A program made the translations under genes and the position numbers. A stretch of 64,000 bases of DNA. It comes from an uncultured virus (IMG/VR IMGVR_UViG_3300030426_000047). Taxonomy: Duplodnaviria > Heunggongvirae > Uroviricota > Caudoviricetes. The notes beneath the pieces were generated by a model. That model saw only the letters and a program-made list of their open reading frames with translations, was not told the origin of the DNA and did no database searches. Numbering within the stretch: the stretch's first letter is position 1; every line of letters starts with the position of its first letter. Shown here in pieces: positions 1-8,213 of this stretch. The DNA lies in the IMG/VR virus record IMGVR_UViG_3300030426_000047, one strand, 5' to 3'.

Positions 1-18
1 ATCTTCCAGACAAAATCT

Positions 19-95
19 GCGCCCGTAGCTCAGCTGGATAGAGCAACGGCCTTCTAAGCCGTAGGTCATAGGTTCGAATCCTATCGGGCGTACCA
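19..95 (+). tRNA. tRNA-Arg (anticodon TCT), CCA encoded; prophage 1 integration target
   Basis: Cloverleaf: acceptor GCGCCCG/CGGGCGT, D-arm AGCTCAGCTGGATAGAGC, anticodon arm ACGGC-CTTCTAA-GCCGT, T-arm ATAGG-TTCGAAT-CCTAT, 3' ACCA. Confidence 0.97.
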
Positions 96-99
96 ATAA
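51..99 (+). repeat. attL core (3' half of tRNA-Arg)
   Basis: 49-bp direct repeat with 41038-41086 (4 mismatches), starting in the anticodon loop. Confidence 0.92.
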
Positions 100-103
100 A
101 AAC

Positions 104-136
104 AAAGGGTTGTCGGTTTCAGGCCGATAACCCTTT
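104..136. terminator. Intrinsic (likely bidirectional) terminator between tRNA and endolysin
   Basis: Hairpin AAAGGGTTGTCGGT-TTCA-GGCCGATAACCCTTT with A-run before and T-run after. Confidence 0.75.
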
Positions 137-170
137 GTGACTACATTTGACTACACTAAAACGACTATTT
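137..170. promoter_or_regulatory. Putative integrase arm-type sites (left arm)
   Basis: GTGACTACA, TGACTACA, AAAACGACTATTT; the same motifs recur next to attR at 40956-40985. Confidence 0.6.
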
Positions 171-195
171 CCGGCAGACAGGAAACAAACCAGGA

Positions 196-759
196 CTAAA
201 CCCGACTGAACCACCCACGAAAGATTTTCCTTTTTGGGTTCGCCTTGTAAAAAACGTACTGCTCACCATTGCAACAGTTTAGGAGCATTTCTTCGTTGGC
301 GGATTTACCACCCGGCAGCTGAAAATATATTTCCAGGGCTTGCAGGGTTTTTGGACCAAGCCGGCCATCGGCCAGAAGATCTTCCTGGTAGTTACCTCGA
401 GCAACATTGAACGCCTGTTGTAACAGCTTGGTGGCATCATATGGATCGATATTGACTGCAGTATCGAATACCTCTTCAGCCAAGACTGGTGACATTTGAG
501 CCAGCTTATCACCACAAATCAAATTCCAAAAATTAGTGTGATAAAACTCTTTTATTTCGGGTAGTAATTTCTGCAGGGGAATTTTTCTATCCTCGGCAAG
601 ACACATATCGATAATAGTCCACATACGCAGCTTCGGCCACCATCGGCGCGCGATCCCGGAATAGGTCATCCCACCAGGATCTCTTGGATCATTCGAGAGC
701 TCACCGAGGCCTTCGTGTACCATTGTTCCGTCAAATGCTTTCAGATAATACTTGGTCAT
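196..759 (-). CDS. Endolysin, glycoside hydrolase family 108 with C-terminal peptidoglycan-binding domain
   Basis: HEG..SNDPRDPGGMTYSGI motif; DGRLGPKTL; FRGWFSRV terminus; start taken at MTKYY. Confidence 0.9.
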   Translation of the reverse strand: MTKYYLKAFDGTMVHEGLGELSNDPRDPGGMTYSGIARRWWPKLRMWTIIDMCLAEDRKIPLQKLLPEIKEFYHTNFWNLICGDKLAQMSPVLAEEVFDTAVNIDPYDATKLLQQAFNVARGNYQEDLLADGRLGPKTLQALEIYFQLPGGKSANEEMLLNCCNGEQYVFYKANPKRKIFRGWFSRV

Positions 760-922
760 TGTTTTTCTCTTCCTTTGCAATCTTTAAACACCGACGGAGA
801 GCCCTTGCCTCAATTGCTGCCTCGACTCCAGGCGGGTTTATTATCTTCCCTGATTTATCGTAAATCGGCACTGCTGTTGCGCAATCAAGGAGTTCTTGAA
901 TTCTTTTCACCGTGCTCATCAC
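731..922 (-). CDS. Small hypothetical phage protein
   Basis: ORF overlaps both neighbours in the lysis operon. Confidence 0.5.
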   Translation of the reverse strand: MMSTVKRIQELLDCATAVPIYDKSGKIINPPGVEAAIEARALRRCLKIAKEEKNNDQVLSESI

Positions 923-1218
923 TTTCCCAAGTTCAAAAGATAGTTCATCACTTCCTGGTGGCGGTGTTGGCTGGCTTGGTCGTTTGCGGCTATCAGTGTT
1001 TTAATTTCAGCAAACTGAGCATTTCCCGACGCAAACTGAATATCGCTTGTGGCCCTTAGTGCCGTCTGCCTTTCAGTGCATGATTCGTTTGATACAAACT
1101 TCCCAGCTTTGAGGTTTTCGACATCTTTTTGTATTCTTCCACCCCACCATGCCCCTGCGAGTGCATATGCTGTCAAAGCCAAAATCAACCCCCACCATTG
1201 CTCCAGGAAATCTACCAT
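919..1218 (-). CDS. Membrane protein (N-terminal TM plus coiled coil), holin-like
   Basis: WWGLILALTAYALAGAWW TM segment; upstream of endolysin. Confidence 0.6.
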   Translation of the reverse strand: MVDFLEQWWGLILALTAYALAGAWWGGRIQKDVENLKAGKFVSNESCTERQTALRATSDIQFASGNAQFAEIKTLIAANDQASQHRHQEVMNYLLNLGK

Positions 1219-1805
1219 CAGAAAACAGGCCCCTTTTCGGTTACGCCGGGAAGGTCCAGGCTATTGACGGTGTATGCAGTAGGACCGTGCTGCCGGTATT
1301 TATTCCAAGCAATCCAGCCGAACATTCTGAGAGCGTAATATGCCCTTTCGGCGTCGAACGTGGCGCCGTGCTTTTCGATGGTTATCCCCCGCAACAGTTT
1401 ATCGCCCATCAACTGCCCACGGCCGATGAAAACCGGGACCATTTTGTCGCCAAAAGACAAGGGATATTTTTCAGCGAGTTTTTCCGATGCTATATTGAAA
1501 AATCGGCCAGGCTCACGAACAGCCAACAGGTAGCCGTACTGATAATACATGTCGTGCGGGACACTGCCCTCAAGGAGTGTGCCTGTCGGCTCGATCATCG
1601 GCCACAATGGCCTTGGCACCGAGGCACCGTCGATCACGAAACCAGCAGGGTGGAGCAGCTGCAGGCCGTCATCCAGGGTGATGATATAATCTTCCAGCAG
1701 GCGATAGCGCGGCGGGTTGCGCCATTTAAAGAAAATCTGCTCGAGACAGTTCATCCCGTGCATCGCGTAGGGAATCCGCTCGAGTTTAGGTTGCGGGATT
1801 ATCAT
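1218..1805 (-). CDS. DUF1353-like phage protein
   Basis: GFVIDGASVPRPLW and PHDMYY motifs typical of DUF1353. Confidence 0.75.
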   Translation of the reverse strand: MIIPQPKLERIPYAMHGMNCLEQIFFKWRNPPRYRLLEDYIITLDDGLQLLHPAGFVIDGASVPRPLWPMIEPTGTLLEGSVPHDMYYQYGYLLAVREPGRFFNIASEKLAEKYPLSFGDKMVPVFIGRGQLMGDKLLRGITIEKHGATFDAERAYYALRMFGWIAWNKYRQHGPTAYTVNSLDLPGVTEKGPVF

Positions 1806-2103
1806 TTATGGCGATCCCCTTTGATTTGATGAAATATCCGGCGGCCACCTTCAGTATTGGACGGCTGACGATATAGGCAAAGCCAACCCACACCGGCGCG
1901 TTAGTCTGCCGGTTCGCCGCCTCGATGGTCTCGCGGATCTGACCGGCCTCAACCATTGCCGGCGACAGATCGATACCCATTATCGCGGACAGGAAAGGAG
2001 CGAGTTGCTGCAGATCGATACCCATGCTGTTGCAGAACCAGGGGGCGATAATAAGCACGGCAACCAAAAACTCTGAAGATTTTTTACCCTTACAAAGATC
2101 CAT
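1786..2103 (-). CDS. Small membrane protein, possible holin
   Basis: KSSEFLVAVLII start and two hydrophobic segments; lysis region. Confidence 0.55.
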   Translation of the reverse strand: MDLCKGKKSSEFLVAVLIIAPWFCNSMGIDLQQLAPFLSAIMGIDLSPAMVEAGQIRETIEAANRQTNAPVWVGFAYIVSRPILKVAAGYFIKSKGIAINDNPAT

Positions 2104-2130
2104 GTCGACCTCCAGTCGAGACGATCAGCC

Positions 2131-2346
2131 TCAATTTTTGCACTCAGGATCGCTGCACTCTTCGATTCGCGCCCCGAGTTGAAAATTAACATCCTTGGCC
2201 GTTGCAATACGATTCGAGTAGAACGGGCAGATTTCCGGGATCATGCTTTCCTTGTTGCCGGCAATGCACTTATCTTGGCATTCTTCATTTTTCCAGTATC
2301 GGTTGCCGTACTGGTCTTCACAAGGAACTGTTCTGATTGTTGCCAT
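2131..2346 (-). CDS. Small Cys-rich hypothetical protein
   Basis: Co-oriented ORF with AGAGG RBS, six Cys. Confidence 0.5.
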   Translation of the reverse strand: MATIRTVPCEDQYGNRYWKNEECQDKCIAGNKESMIPEICPFYSNRIATAKDVNFQLGARIEECSDPECKN

Positions 2347-2365
2347 GTCCTGCCTCTTGTGAGGA

Positions 2366-3022
2366 TTAAGGGACTGTGATTATCTCCGGGGTAACAACCT
2401 GCTGCGGGACGGTCCCGGAATAATCAACGGTGTTATCTGACCCTGTTGCGTGGACTTCCGGACGGTTGAGCGAGTCGTTTATATTGACTGTTTCGCCATC
2501 AATTTTTGTTGATCCGGCATTTGCTATTCCGCGCTTTGCCACCCCATAAACAGCGCCCCATGGACCGAGCGTTTTCGCTGTATCGCCGGTCACAGACAGG
2601 CCGTGACGAATGGTATCGTAAAGCTGCTGGTCATGAGCAATGGCATAGTCATAGATGGTTTTCGGCGTGGCGCAGACCTGACGAGGATCGAAGCCCGAAG
2701 CATCACGCAACCCGGCACGGAATTCCTTGAAAACGAGGATATCTTTGATATCGCTTGAATCCATTCTGGATAGATATTTTTCGTCTATCTCATCGCTACC
2801 GAACGATTCGTAACAAGCCTGAACCATCTCAGCTATCTCGGGAGATATGGCGTCCGGCGCCTGGTCTGTCTCCGTGATTATGATGTTGCCGCTCTTGTCT
2901 GTAGTCGTAACGACTTTTTTGGAGTTTTCGATAATGGGCCCGGAAAGTAAACTACACCCTGAAAGCAAAACGCCGAACAGCAGAAACAACAGTGTGAAAA
3001 ATGCGTTGATCATTTTCTTCAT
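2366..3022 (-). CDS. Lipoprotein
   Basis: Signal peptide II with lipobox LLSGC. Confidence 0.75.
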   Translation of the reverse strand: MKKMINAFFTLLFLLFGVLLSGCSLLSGPIIENSKKVVTTTDKSGNIIITETDQAPDAISPEIAEMVQACYESFGSDEIDEKYLSRMDSSDIKDILVFKEFRAGLRDASGFDPRQVCATPKTIYDYAIAHDQQLYDTIRHGLSVTGDTAKTLGPWGAVYGVAKRGIANAGSTKIDGETVNINDSLNRPEVHATGSDNTVDYSGTVPQQVVTPEIITVP

Positions 3023-3216
3023 TTTTGCCCCTTTTTGGCTTGAGTGTCATAAAATTTGGCCTTGCGGTCAGTCTCCCATATTTCCAGCTCGGTCATTTGG
3101 CGCGACGGTTGACGGCCCATAAATCGCATCACCATGAGATAGCACCGGTCAAATATTTTTGATATTTTCCTTTTCAAATTTTCTCCTTGCGGTGCCATAT
3201 GGTAGTTTCTTATCAA
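3019..3216 (-). CDS. Small hypothetical protein
   Basis: ORF fills gap with ATGA overlap to the lipoprotein gene. Confidence 0.4.
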   Translation of the reverse strand: MIRNYHMAPQGENLKRKISKIFDRCYLMVMRFMGRQPSRQMTELEIWETDRKAKFYDTQAKKGQK

Positions 3217-5499
3217 TCACGTTGCGTCACCGACAGCCCGCTTGATTCGTGCTGCATTTGCGAGTTGGCTGGTCAGATAAAGCACCGCCTCTTTTGTCCC
3301 GGCGAACAAATACTCGTCGTCGGCAACAGTAGCCATTGCAGCAAGGGCCAGGGCATGAGATGCAAATGTTTTGCCGGTTCCATCAGCGTTATAAACTGCA
3401 TTATCAACTCCGGTCCTGAGCAGGATTCTCGGCGCAGATGGCCAATAACACGCATCAGCTGGCCCCTGAATCGATAGTTTTATCGGGCCTGGATGCTGTA
3501 ATGTCCCGCCTGTGATATCGTACTCAGTAATAGCAGCAGCACTCCTGCCAACAACCCAATCCCGATATTGCATTACGTCCAACCGGCCATTATCGCTGTA
3601 CGCTTTGATATAATCGACCAGTGCCTCAAAATCGGATTTTGACCACTCATATGTGCCTGGAGCGGAGTCTACGAGCCGGTGGATTAATACGACTGCCGAT
3701 ACACCTCTGGTTACCGCATTATCAATTAATGTTTTTGCGGCAGCAAGAGATGTGCTGGAGCCAACAGACACTCTGACACTATGCTCATACGGGTTTTCTG
3801 TCCCGGTAGCCGTCTCCTGGTATTTAGTATATGTGGTGCGCCCAGCCAGTATATTCAACGATGCTAAAGCCGATACGGTATCCGCATTGCGCTTCCCGAA
3901 CGGGTAAGCCACGCAATCAGATGCGCGGGTAAATCCATTGGTATTGAGCCACGCCGAACAGCCGCTGATTTTTGCTGTTTGGGCGGCAAGGTCGAGCAGG
4001 GTAAGGTCCGAGTGATCTGTGGTGTGGTTTCCAAAATCCCAACCGGCTGCATACATCTCTGTCATTTGGGCCAAGGTTAATTTGAATATATCTAATCGAT
4101 CTACATAACTGGATATAACAAATGATGCCCCCTTGAACCCTTTTGTTGCTAGGTACTGATATGCGTAGTAATCCGAGTCGTTGATATCGTCAAACGTGAA
4201 GGCTATTTTTGTCCTGGCCTTTGGATTACGAGCAATAATATCCAGCCAAAATTTAACCCCTGGAGCGCCCCACGCCTCGATTTTAATATTTGTTGCGGTG
4301 GTTGATCCGAGTGTCCAGCCAGTCAAGACAAGATTTGCCGACTCAATATCCAGCCATACAACGCCGTTATTGCCCCATGATTCCGCTGTTTCATCGGTTG
4401 TGAATACTGCGGTCGCCGCCCCATTCGAAAATGTTACCCTGACGTTTACATCAGTTACACCCTCCAGATATCCTCGCAACACCCATATATCCGTGGAATC
4501 GAATCTAGCGGCTATATTTGCCGAGGCAGAAACAGCAACGTCCTGCTCTGCCGTTTCGAGCAAGATAGCTCCGCTGCCGTTTTCGTAGTGAGTCGTTACC
4601 GGGACCAGAGGTTCCGCTGCCCCATCAACCCAGACACCGGAAGCGTCGAAATTTGAAACTGAATTGAGTTGCTGAAGATAGTCGTTGCCGTTGCGTTCAA
4701 CGCCTGAAAGGTGTGTGGATTTAGGAAAGATTTTACCATCTGTGGCGGCGGTAAAACCGAGTATATTGGGGTCCAATCCCGTTAAGCCGTCAAAATGTTC
4801 GGCAAAAAAATTAGTAGCAACGCCCGACACGGTTCCGAATTTTGGAAACGCCGGAACAGCCGTGGTTAACCCCTTAGCGCCGGGAATAGAGAGTAACGTC
4901 CCACCATTCGCGCCCTTAACAGACAACCCCCATAAGTGGCCGCCGAAATAATTACTGAACCGTGATTTACCTATCTGATTAATATCAAGCGTCCCGGTTG
5001 CAACTTGAGGGGACTTGGCAACACCGTCAACAGTTAACACTACATTATTACTGGCATCCCTGACGAGTTTATAGTGCTTGGCAGAGGTGTCTACCCCCAC
5101 CCAGTATATTGTACTGCCTCCCACAATGGATAGAGTCAGTCTATAACTGGCCGCATTATTGAACCCGATGTAGTCATTATCGAGGGAGTATCCGAAAACA
5201 GGTGGCAATCCAACGGATTTGGCATTATCCGCCGACTGATACCATTCGATCTCAAATGCGCCGGGAAGCGATATAAACGGCACAGATATTAATTGTGCTC
5301 CCTCGAAATATAGGGACTGTCCCGGTTGCACCGGCCCGATTGATTTGCCGATAGATTCTGGCTGAAGTACACCATTTTTTATTAGCCACAATGCGGAAGG
5401 ATCTCCGGGAATGCCAAGCACTGAGCCGCCGGAAAGCGGCCCGCGCACAGTTGGTCGAACGGCCGCCTTGGACGCCGAACTAATTCTCATAACCGACAT
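3217..5499 (-). CDS. Tail-associated protein: LamG/concanavalin-like domain plus CE4 polysaccharide deacetylase domain
   Basis: FTFDD, GNHTTDH, AYPFG and LIHR CE4 motifs; N-terminal beta-sandwich with IG....NYFGG LamG-type signature. Confidence 0.8.
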   Translation of the reverse strand: MSVMRISSASKAAVRPTVRGPLSGGSVLGIPGDPSALWLIKNGVLQPESIGKSIGPVQPGQSLYFEGAQLISVPFISLPGAFEIEWYQSADNAKSVGLPPVFGYSLDNDYIGFNNAASYRLTLSIVGGSTIYWVGVDTSAKHYKLVRDASNNVVLTVDGVAKSPQVATGTLDINQIGKSRFSNYFGGHLWGLSVKGANGGTLLSIPGAKGLTTAVPAFPKFGTVSGVATNFFAEHFDGLTGLDPNILGFTAATDGKIFPKSTHLSGVERNGNDYLQQLNSVSNFDASGVWVDGAAEPLVPVTTHYENGSGAILLETAEQDVAVSASANIAARFDSTDIWVLRGYLEGVTDVNVRVTFSNGAATAVFTTDETAESWGNNGVVWLDIESANLVLTGWTLGSTTATNIKIEAWGAPGVKFWLDIIARNPKARTKIAFTFDDINDSDYYAYQYLATKGFKGASFVISSYVDRLDIFKLTLAQMTEMYAAGWDFGNHTTDHSDLTLLDLAAQTAKISGCSAWLNTNGFTRASDCVAYPFGKRNADTVSALASLNILAGRTTYTKYQETATGTENPYEHSVRVSVGSSTSLAAAKTLIDNAVTRGVSAVVLIHRLVDSAPGTYEWSKSDFEALVDYIKAYSDNGRLDVMQYRDWVVGRSAAAITEYDITGGTLQHPGPIKLSIQGPADACYWPSAPRILLRTGVDNAVYNADGTGKTFASHALALAAMATVADDEYLFAGTKEAVLYLTSQLANAARIKRAVGDAT

Positions 5500-5749
5500 C
5501 TCCGATAGTGGATACCGATTTCAGCGCTTTGTAATTACCGTATCCTTCAACGATCCGTGAAGGCTGGGTCCTGGTGAGTTGGATTTGGACGCCGCCGTCC
5601 CGAGCAGGTTCGTAGCCACCATCCACTCTTTCTTCGTATATGGTTACTGTTGCGCCTTCGGGGATATCATCCGCACGGATACGCGCTGGTCCGGACAGGA
5701 TAAATGGGTCACTTGTGGCAATATCGGTGGTCGCGACAATTGGGGTCAT
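5480..5749 (-). CDS. Small hypothetical virion protein
   Basis: GGAG RBS; overlaps deacetylase start. Confidence 0.6.
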   Translation of the reverse strand: MTPIVATTDIATSDPFILSGPARIRADDIPEGATVTIYEERVDGGYEPARDGGVQIQLTRTQPSRIVEGYGNYKALKSVSTIGDVGYEN

Positions 5750-5789
5750 TTCTTTTCTCCGATTATTATTTTATTGTTTCGCAAGAGAA

Positions 5790-6308
5790 TCAAACTTCTT
5801 CTTTTTTGTCTGGATAAAGCAAGTCAAGCTCTGCTTGTTGCATACCGAGGATCTGTCCGGATGCTGCTCGAAAAAGTTCAGCGTTTTTCAGAATTTTCGC
5901 GGCCATCAAATCAACCGTGATACCCCGCGTTGTCGCCATCGCTCGAATCATGACGCAAGGTGTATCGTGGTCGGCGGTCCAGTGGTTAGCTTCTTCCTCC
6001 TGGGTTTTCCAGGTTTCTCGCTCCGCATCGCCATATGGTTGAGTAATAGAAACCAGCATCGCCGCATATTTTTTCCTGATTTCATGTTCCTGTTCGGCGA
6101 CGGCAGCGGCATAGGCTTGCTCTTGCTGTTCATCTGCCCATCCAGGCCACTCCACTATCCCGTCACCGTTCCATATATACCGCTGCGGCACGATATTAAA
6201 AAAAGCGCACTGTGAAGGATGCATATATTGGGTAAATTCATCATTCAACGGTTCACGATCAAATCCTGAGCCCCTGTTGTTTCCTTTTTTAAATACACAT
6301 TTCCACAC
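5790..6308 (-). CDS. Tail fibre assembly/chaperone-like protein
   Basis: ERETWKTQEEEA..TP..MATTRGITVDLMAAKIL pattern of fibre-associated proteins; N-terminus homologous to 43235-43801. Confidence 0.7.
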   Translation of the reverse strand: MWKCVFKKGNNRGSGFDREPLNDEFTQYMHPSQCAFFNIVPQRYIWNGDGIVEWPGWADEQQEQAYAAAVAEQEHEIRKKYAAMLVSITQPYGDAERETWKTQEEEANHWTADHDTPCVMIRAMATTRGITVDLMAAKILKNAELFRAASGQILGMQQAELDLLYPDKKEEV

Positions 6309-6312
6309 TGGG

Positions 6313-7272
6313 CTATCTCCTTAAAGTAATTCTACGAATCTTAAGCGCGGACGAAGACGAAGAGTACCGGAAATACAATGTATCGTTCGCCGGTATCAGT
6401 GGGTGAACCGCCTCGGACGCTATTTCCCACACAACATCAGTCCCGTTTTGCGAGAATGCTATGCCACCGCCAGCCAAACTGCGAATTTCAACATACCCTT
6501 TTAACAAAGTCGGAATCACCGTACTCAGCGGGTACCCCGTAAGCGTTGCAGCGACGGTAGCGGTAAGCTGTGGTAAATTCCCGCTACTGGTGGCAGCGGA
6601 GTAATAAATATCATCACCGTTCTGCCTGAACGGCATGATAACACCCGCGCCATTGTTCTTCGCAAAACTGACTTGCCTCCACGCGTCAACTAGCGCATCA
6701 CTTTCTGGCCCATTTATAGTCATATACGCTTTAAAATCACTTGTACCATCTGCTACCAGCCGAACTTCGAAAACGAAATAATCCTGGTTAACATCAGACG
6801 GGAGTATTACGTCTTTATTTACCGAGGTCTCCAACCAAACGCTACGGGTAGAATCCCAACATCCGCACGGTTCTATCGTGAGAGTATTACCAGACACCGT
6901 AATATTACCGCCGATGATATCGTTGTGGACAACGTCATAAAGATCGTTGATACTCAGGAATACAGCGTTCCAATTGCCGGTTATCGACCCTACCGGGTTA
7001 TCGCCAACGACATTCTCACCGACACAGACGTATGTCCGTCCGTCAGATCCGTAGACAAAAGACGGTCTGAGGTATCCAGTTTCGTTATAAGTGGTGGCAG
7101 GATTATAGTTTTTCGCATCCGCCAGGGCGATAACCTCGGACACTAAAGCCGTGATCGGTGCCGGAAGACTGACCAGCCAATTTAAAAGATTTTCGGCGTT
7201 CACATCAAACTGCGCCTGGCTCTGCCCCCGGTGGCTGGGCAGCTGGCCAGTGTGCTTCGGGATATCTGTCAT
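6313..7272 (-). CDS. Tail fibre / receptor-binding protein
   Basis: Position in tail cluster; C-terminal half homologous to the prophage 2 fibre (NDIIGG..PCGCWDS..DAWRQV..ITLRR). Confidence 0.75.
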   Translation of the reverse strand: MTDIPKHTGQLPSHRGQSQAQFDVNAENLLNWLVSLPAPITALVSEVIALADAKNYNPATTYNETGYLRPSFVYGSDGRTYVCVGENVVGDNPVGSITGNWNAVFLSINDLYDVVHNDIIGGNITVSGNTLTIEPCGCWDSTRSVWLETSVNKDVILPSDVNQDYFVFEVRLVADGTSDFKAYMTINGPESDALVDAWRQVSFAKNNGAGVIMPFRQNGDDIYYSAATSSGNLPQLTATVAATLTGYPLSTVIPTLLKGYVEIRSLAGGGIAFSQNGTDVVWEIASEAVHPLIPANDTLYFRYSSSSSALKIRRITLRR

Positions 7273-7273
7273 G

Positions 7274-8209
7274 TTAACTCAACTCCTTTATTTCGATATT
7301 GCAGGCGGCAAATGTGCCGTCATTGGTGACAGTTGAAAAACGTTCAAGCGAACCATAGATGATGGTCTCGGTATACTCTTCGTTGCCGATGTAGACCAGC
7401 GGCGTTGCACGGTATTGGGCCAGGGTCCGGCGAATGTCATAGACGCGGAACGAGTCTATAACGATTTCGAAATCTATAAGGTCGGTGTAGTCGCCTTGGA
7501 CGATCTCCGGATTCCCCTCGGGGTCACTGGATTTGTTCGACCAGTCCTCAATGGTGAACTGGGTGCCGTTGACCAGGGTGCCGATGGTTTTCAGATTGCC
7601 GTAGATAAACTCTCCGATTTTTGCCGAGCCGTTTATTGCCGTGGCGGTAACCGTGATCGTCGCGGCGGGATACCTCGGCAGATCGGTGAGCACCGCGTTC
7701 GGTTTGCTGAGCAGCGGCGAGAAAAACCAGGTGTACCAGTCGACAACCTCGGTCAGGTCGGAAAGATCGATGTCCCGGTTATAGACTTCGCCATCGGTCG
7801 GATCGGTGAGAGTGACGTTGAGAGTGGCGCACTCGATATTGAGCAGGGCGATGGCGCCGATCACTTCTCCCGGGGTAACTTCAAAAACGATATCACCGGC
7901 CAGGGTGGAAGCCGCCCGGCTTTTGCCGTCGAACATCTTCCATGGATTGGTAGCGGAAATTTCGATCCACCATCCGGTCGGCGGATCGACCGAATCGTCA
8001 TAGATATTATCCGGCGGATTGTTGCCGGTGTTGGCAGCGACCGCGGATTCATAAATTTTATGAATTTCGGCATCTACTATTTGGACTCTGTCGCCTGCGG
8101 CGTAGGTTGTTCCTGCGGCATAATCCGACTCATCCGTTTCGGGGATATTGGTTGCGGTCAGGGTGGCGTCGGTTACCGCGACTGGCTTTAATATTTTAAA
8201 CTCGTTCAT
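7274..8209 (-). CDS. Tail tip structural protein with carbohydrate-binding-like insert
   Basis: Directly follows tape measure; YAAGTTYAAGDRV..W CBM5/12-like repeat and TNPWKMFD motif. Confidence 0.65.
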   Translation of the reverse strand: MNEFKILKPVAVTDATLTATNIPETDESDYAAGTTYAAGDRVQIVDAEIHKIYESAVAANTGNNPPDNIYDDSVDPPTGWWIEISATNPWKMFDGKSRAASTLAGDIVFEVTPGEVIGAIALLNIECATLNVTLTDPTDGEVYNRDIDLSDLTEVVDWYTWFFSPLLSKPNAVLTDLPRYPAATITVTATAINGSAKIGEFIYGNLKTIGTLVNGTQFTIEDWSNKSSDPEGNPEIVQGDYTDLIDFEIVIDSFRVYDIRRTLAQYRATPLVYIGNEEYTETIIYGSLERFSTVTNDGTFAACNIEIKELS

Positions 8210-8213
8210 ATCG

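Noticed and set aside
6313..7272. Diversity-generating retroelement or invertible fibre cassette explaining the two similar fibres
   Set aside because: No reverse transcriptase or serine invertase in the window. The similarity is at protein level with general divergence, not adenine-specific, and both copies have the same orientation.
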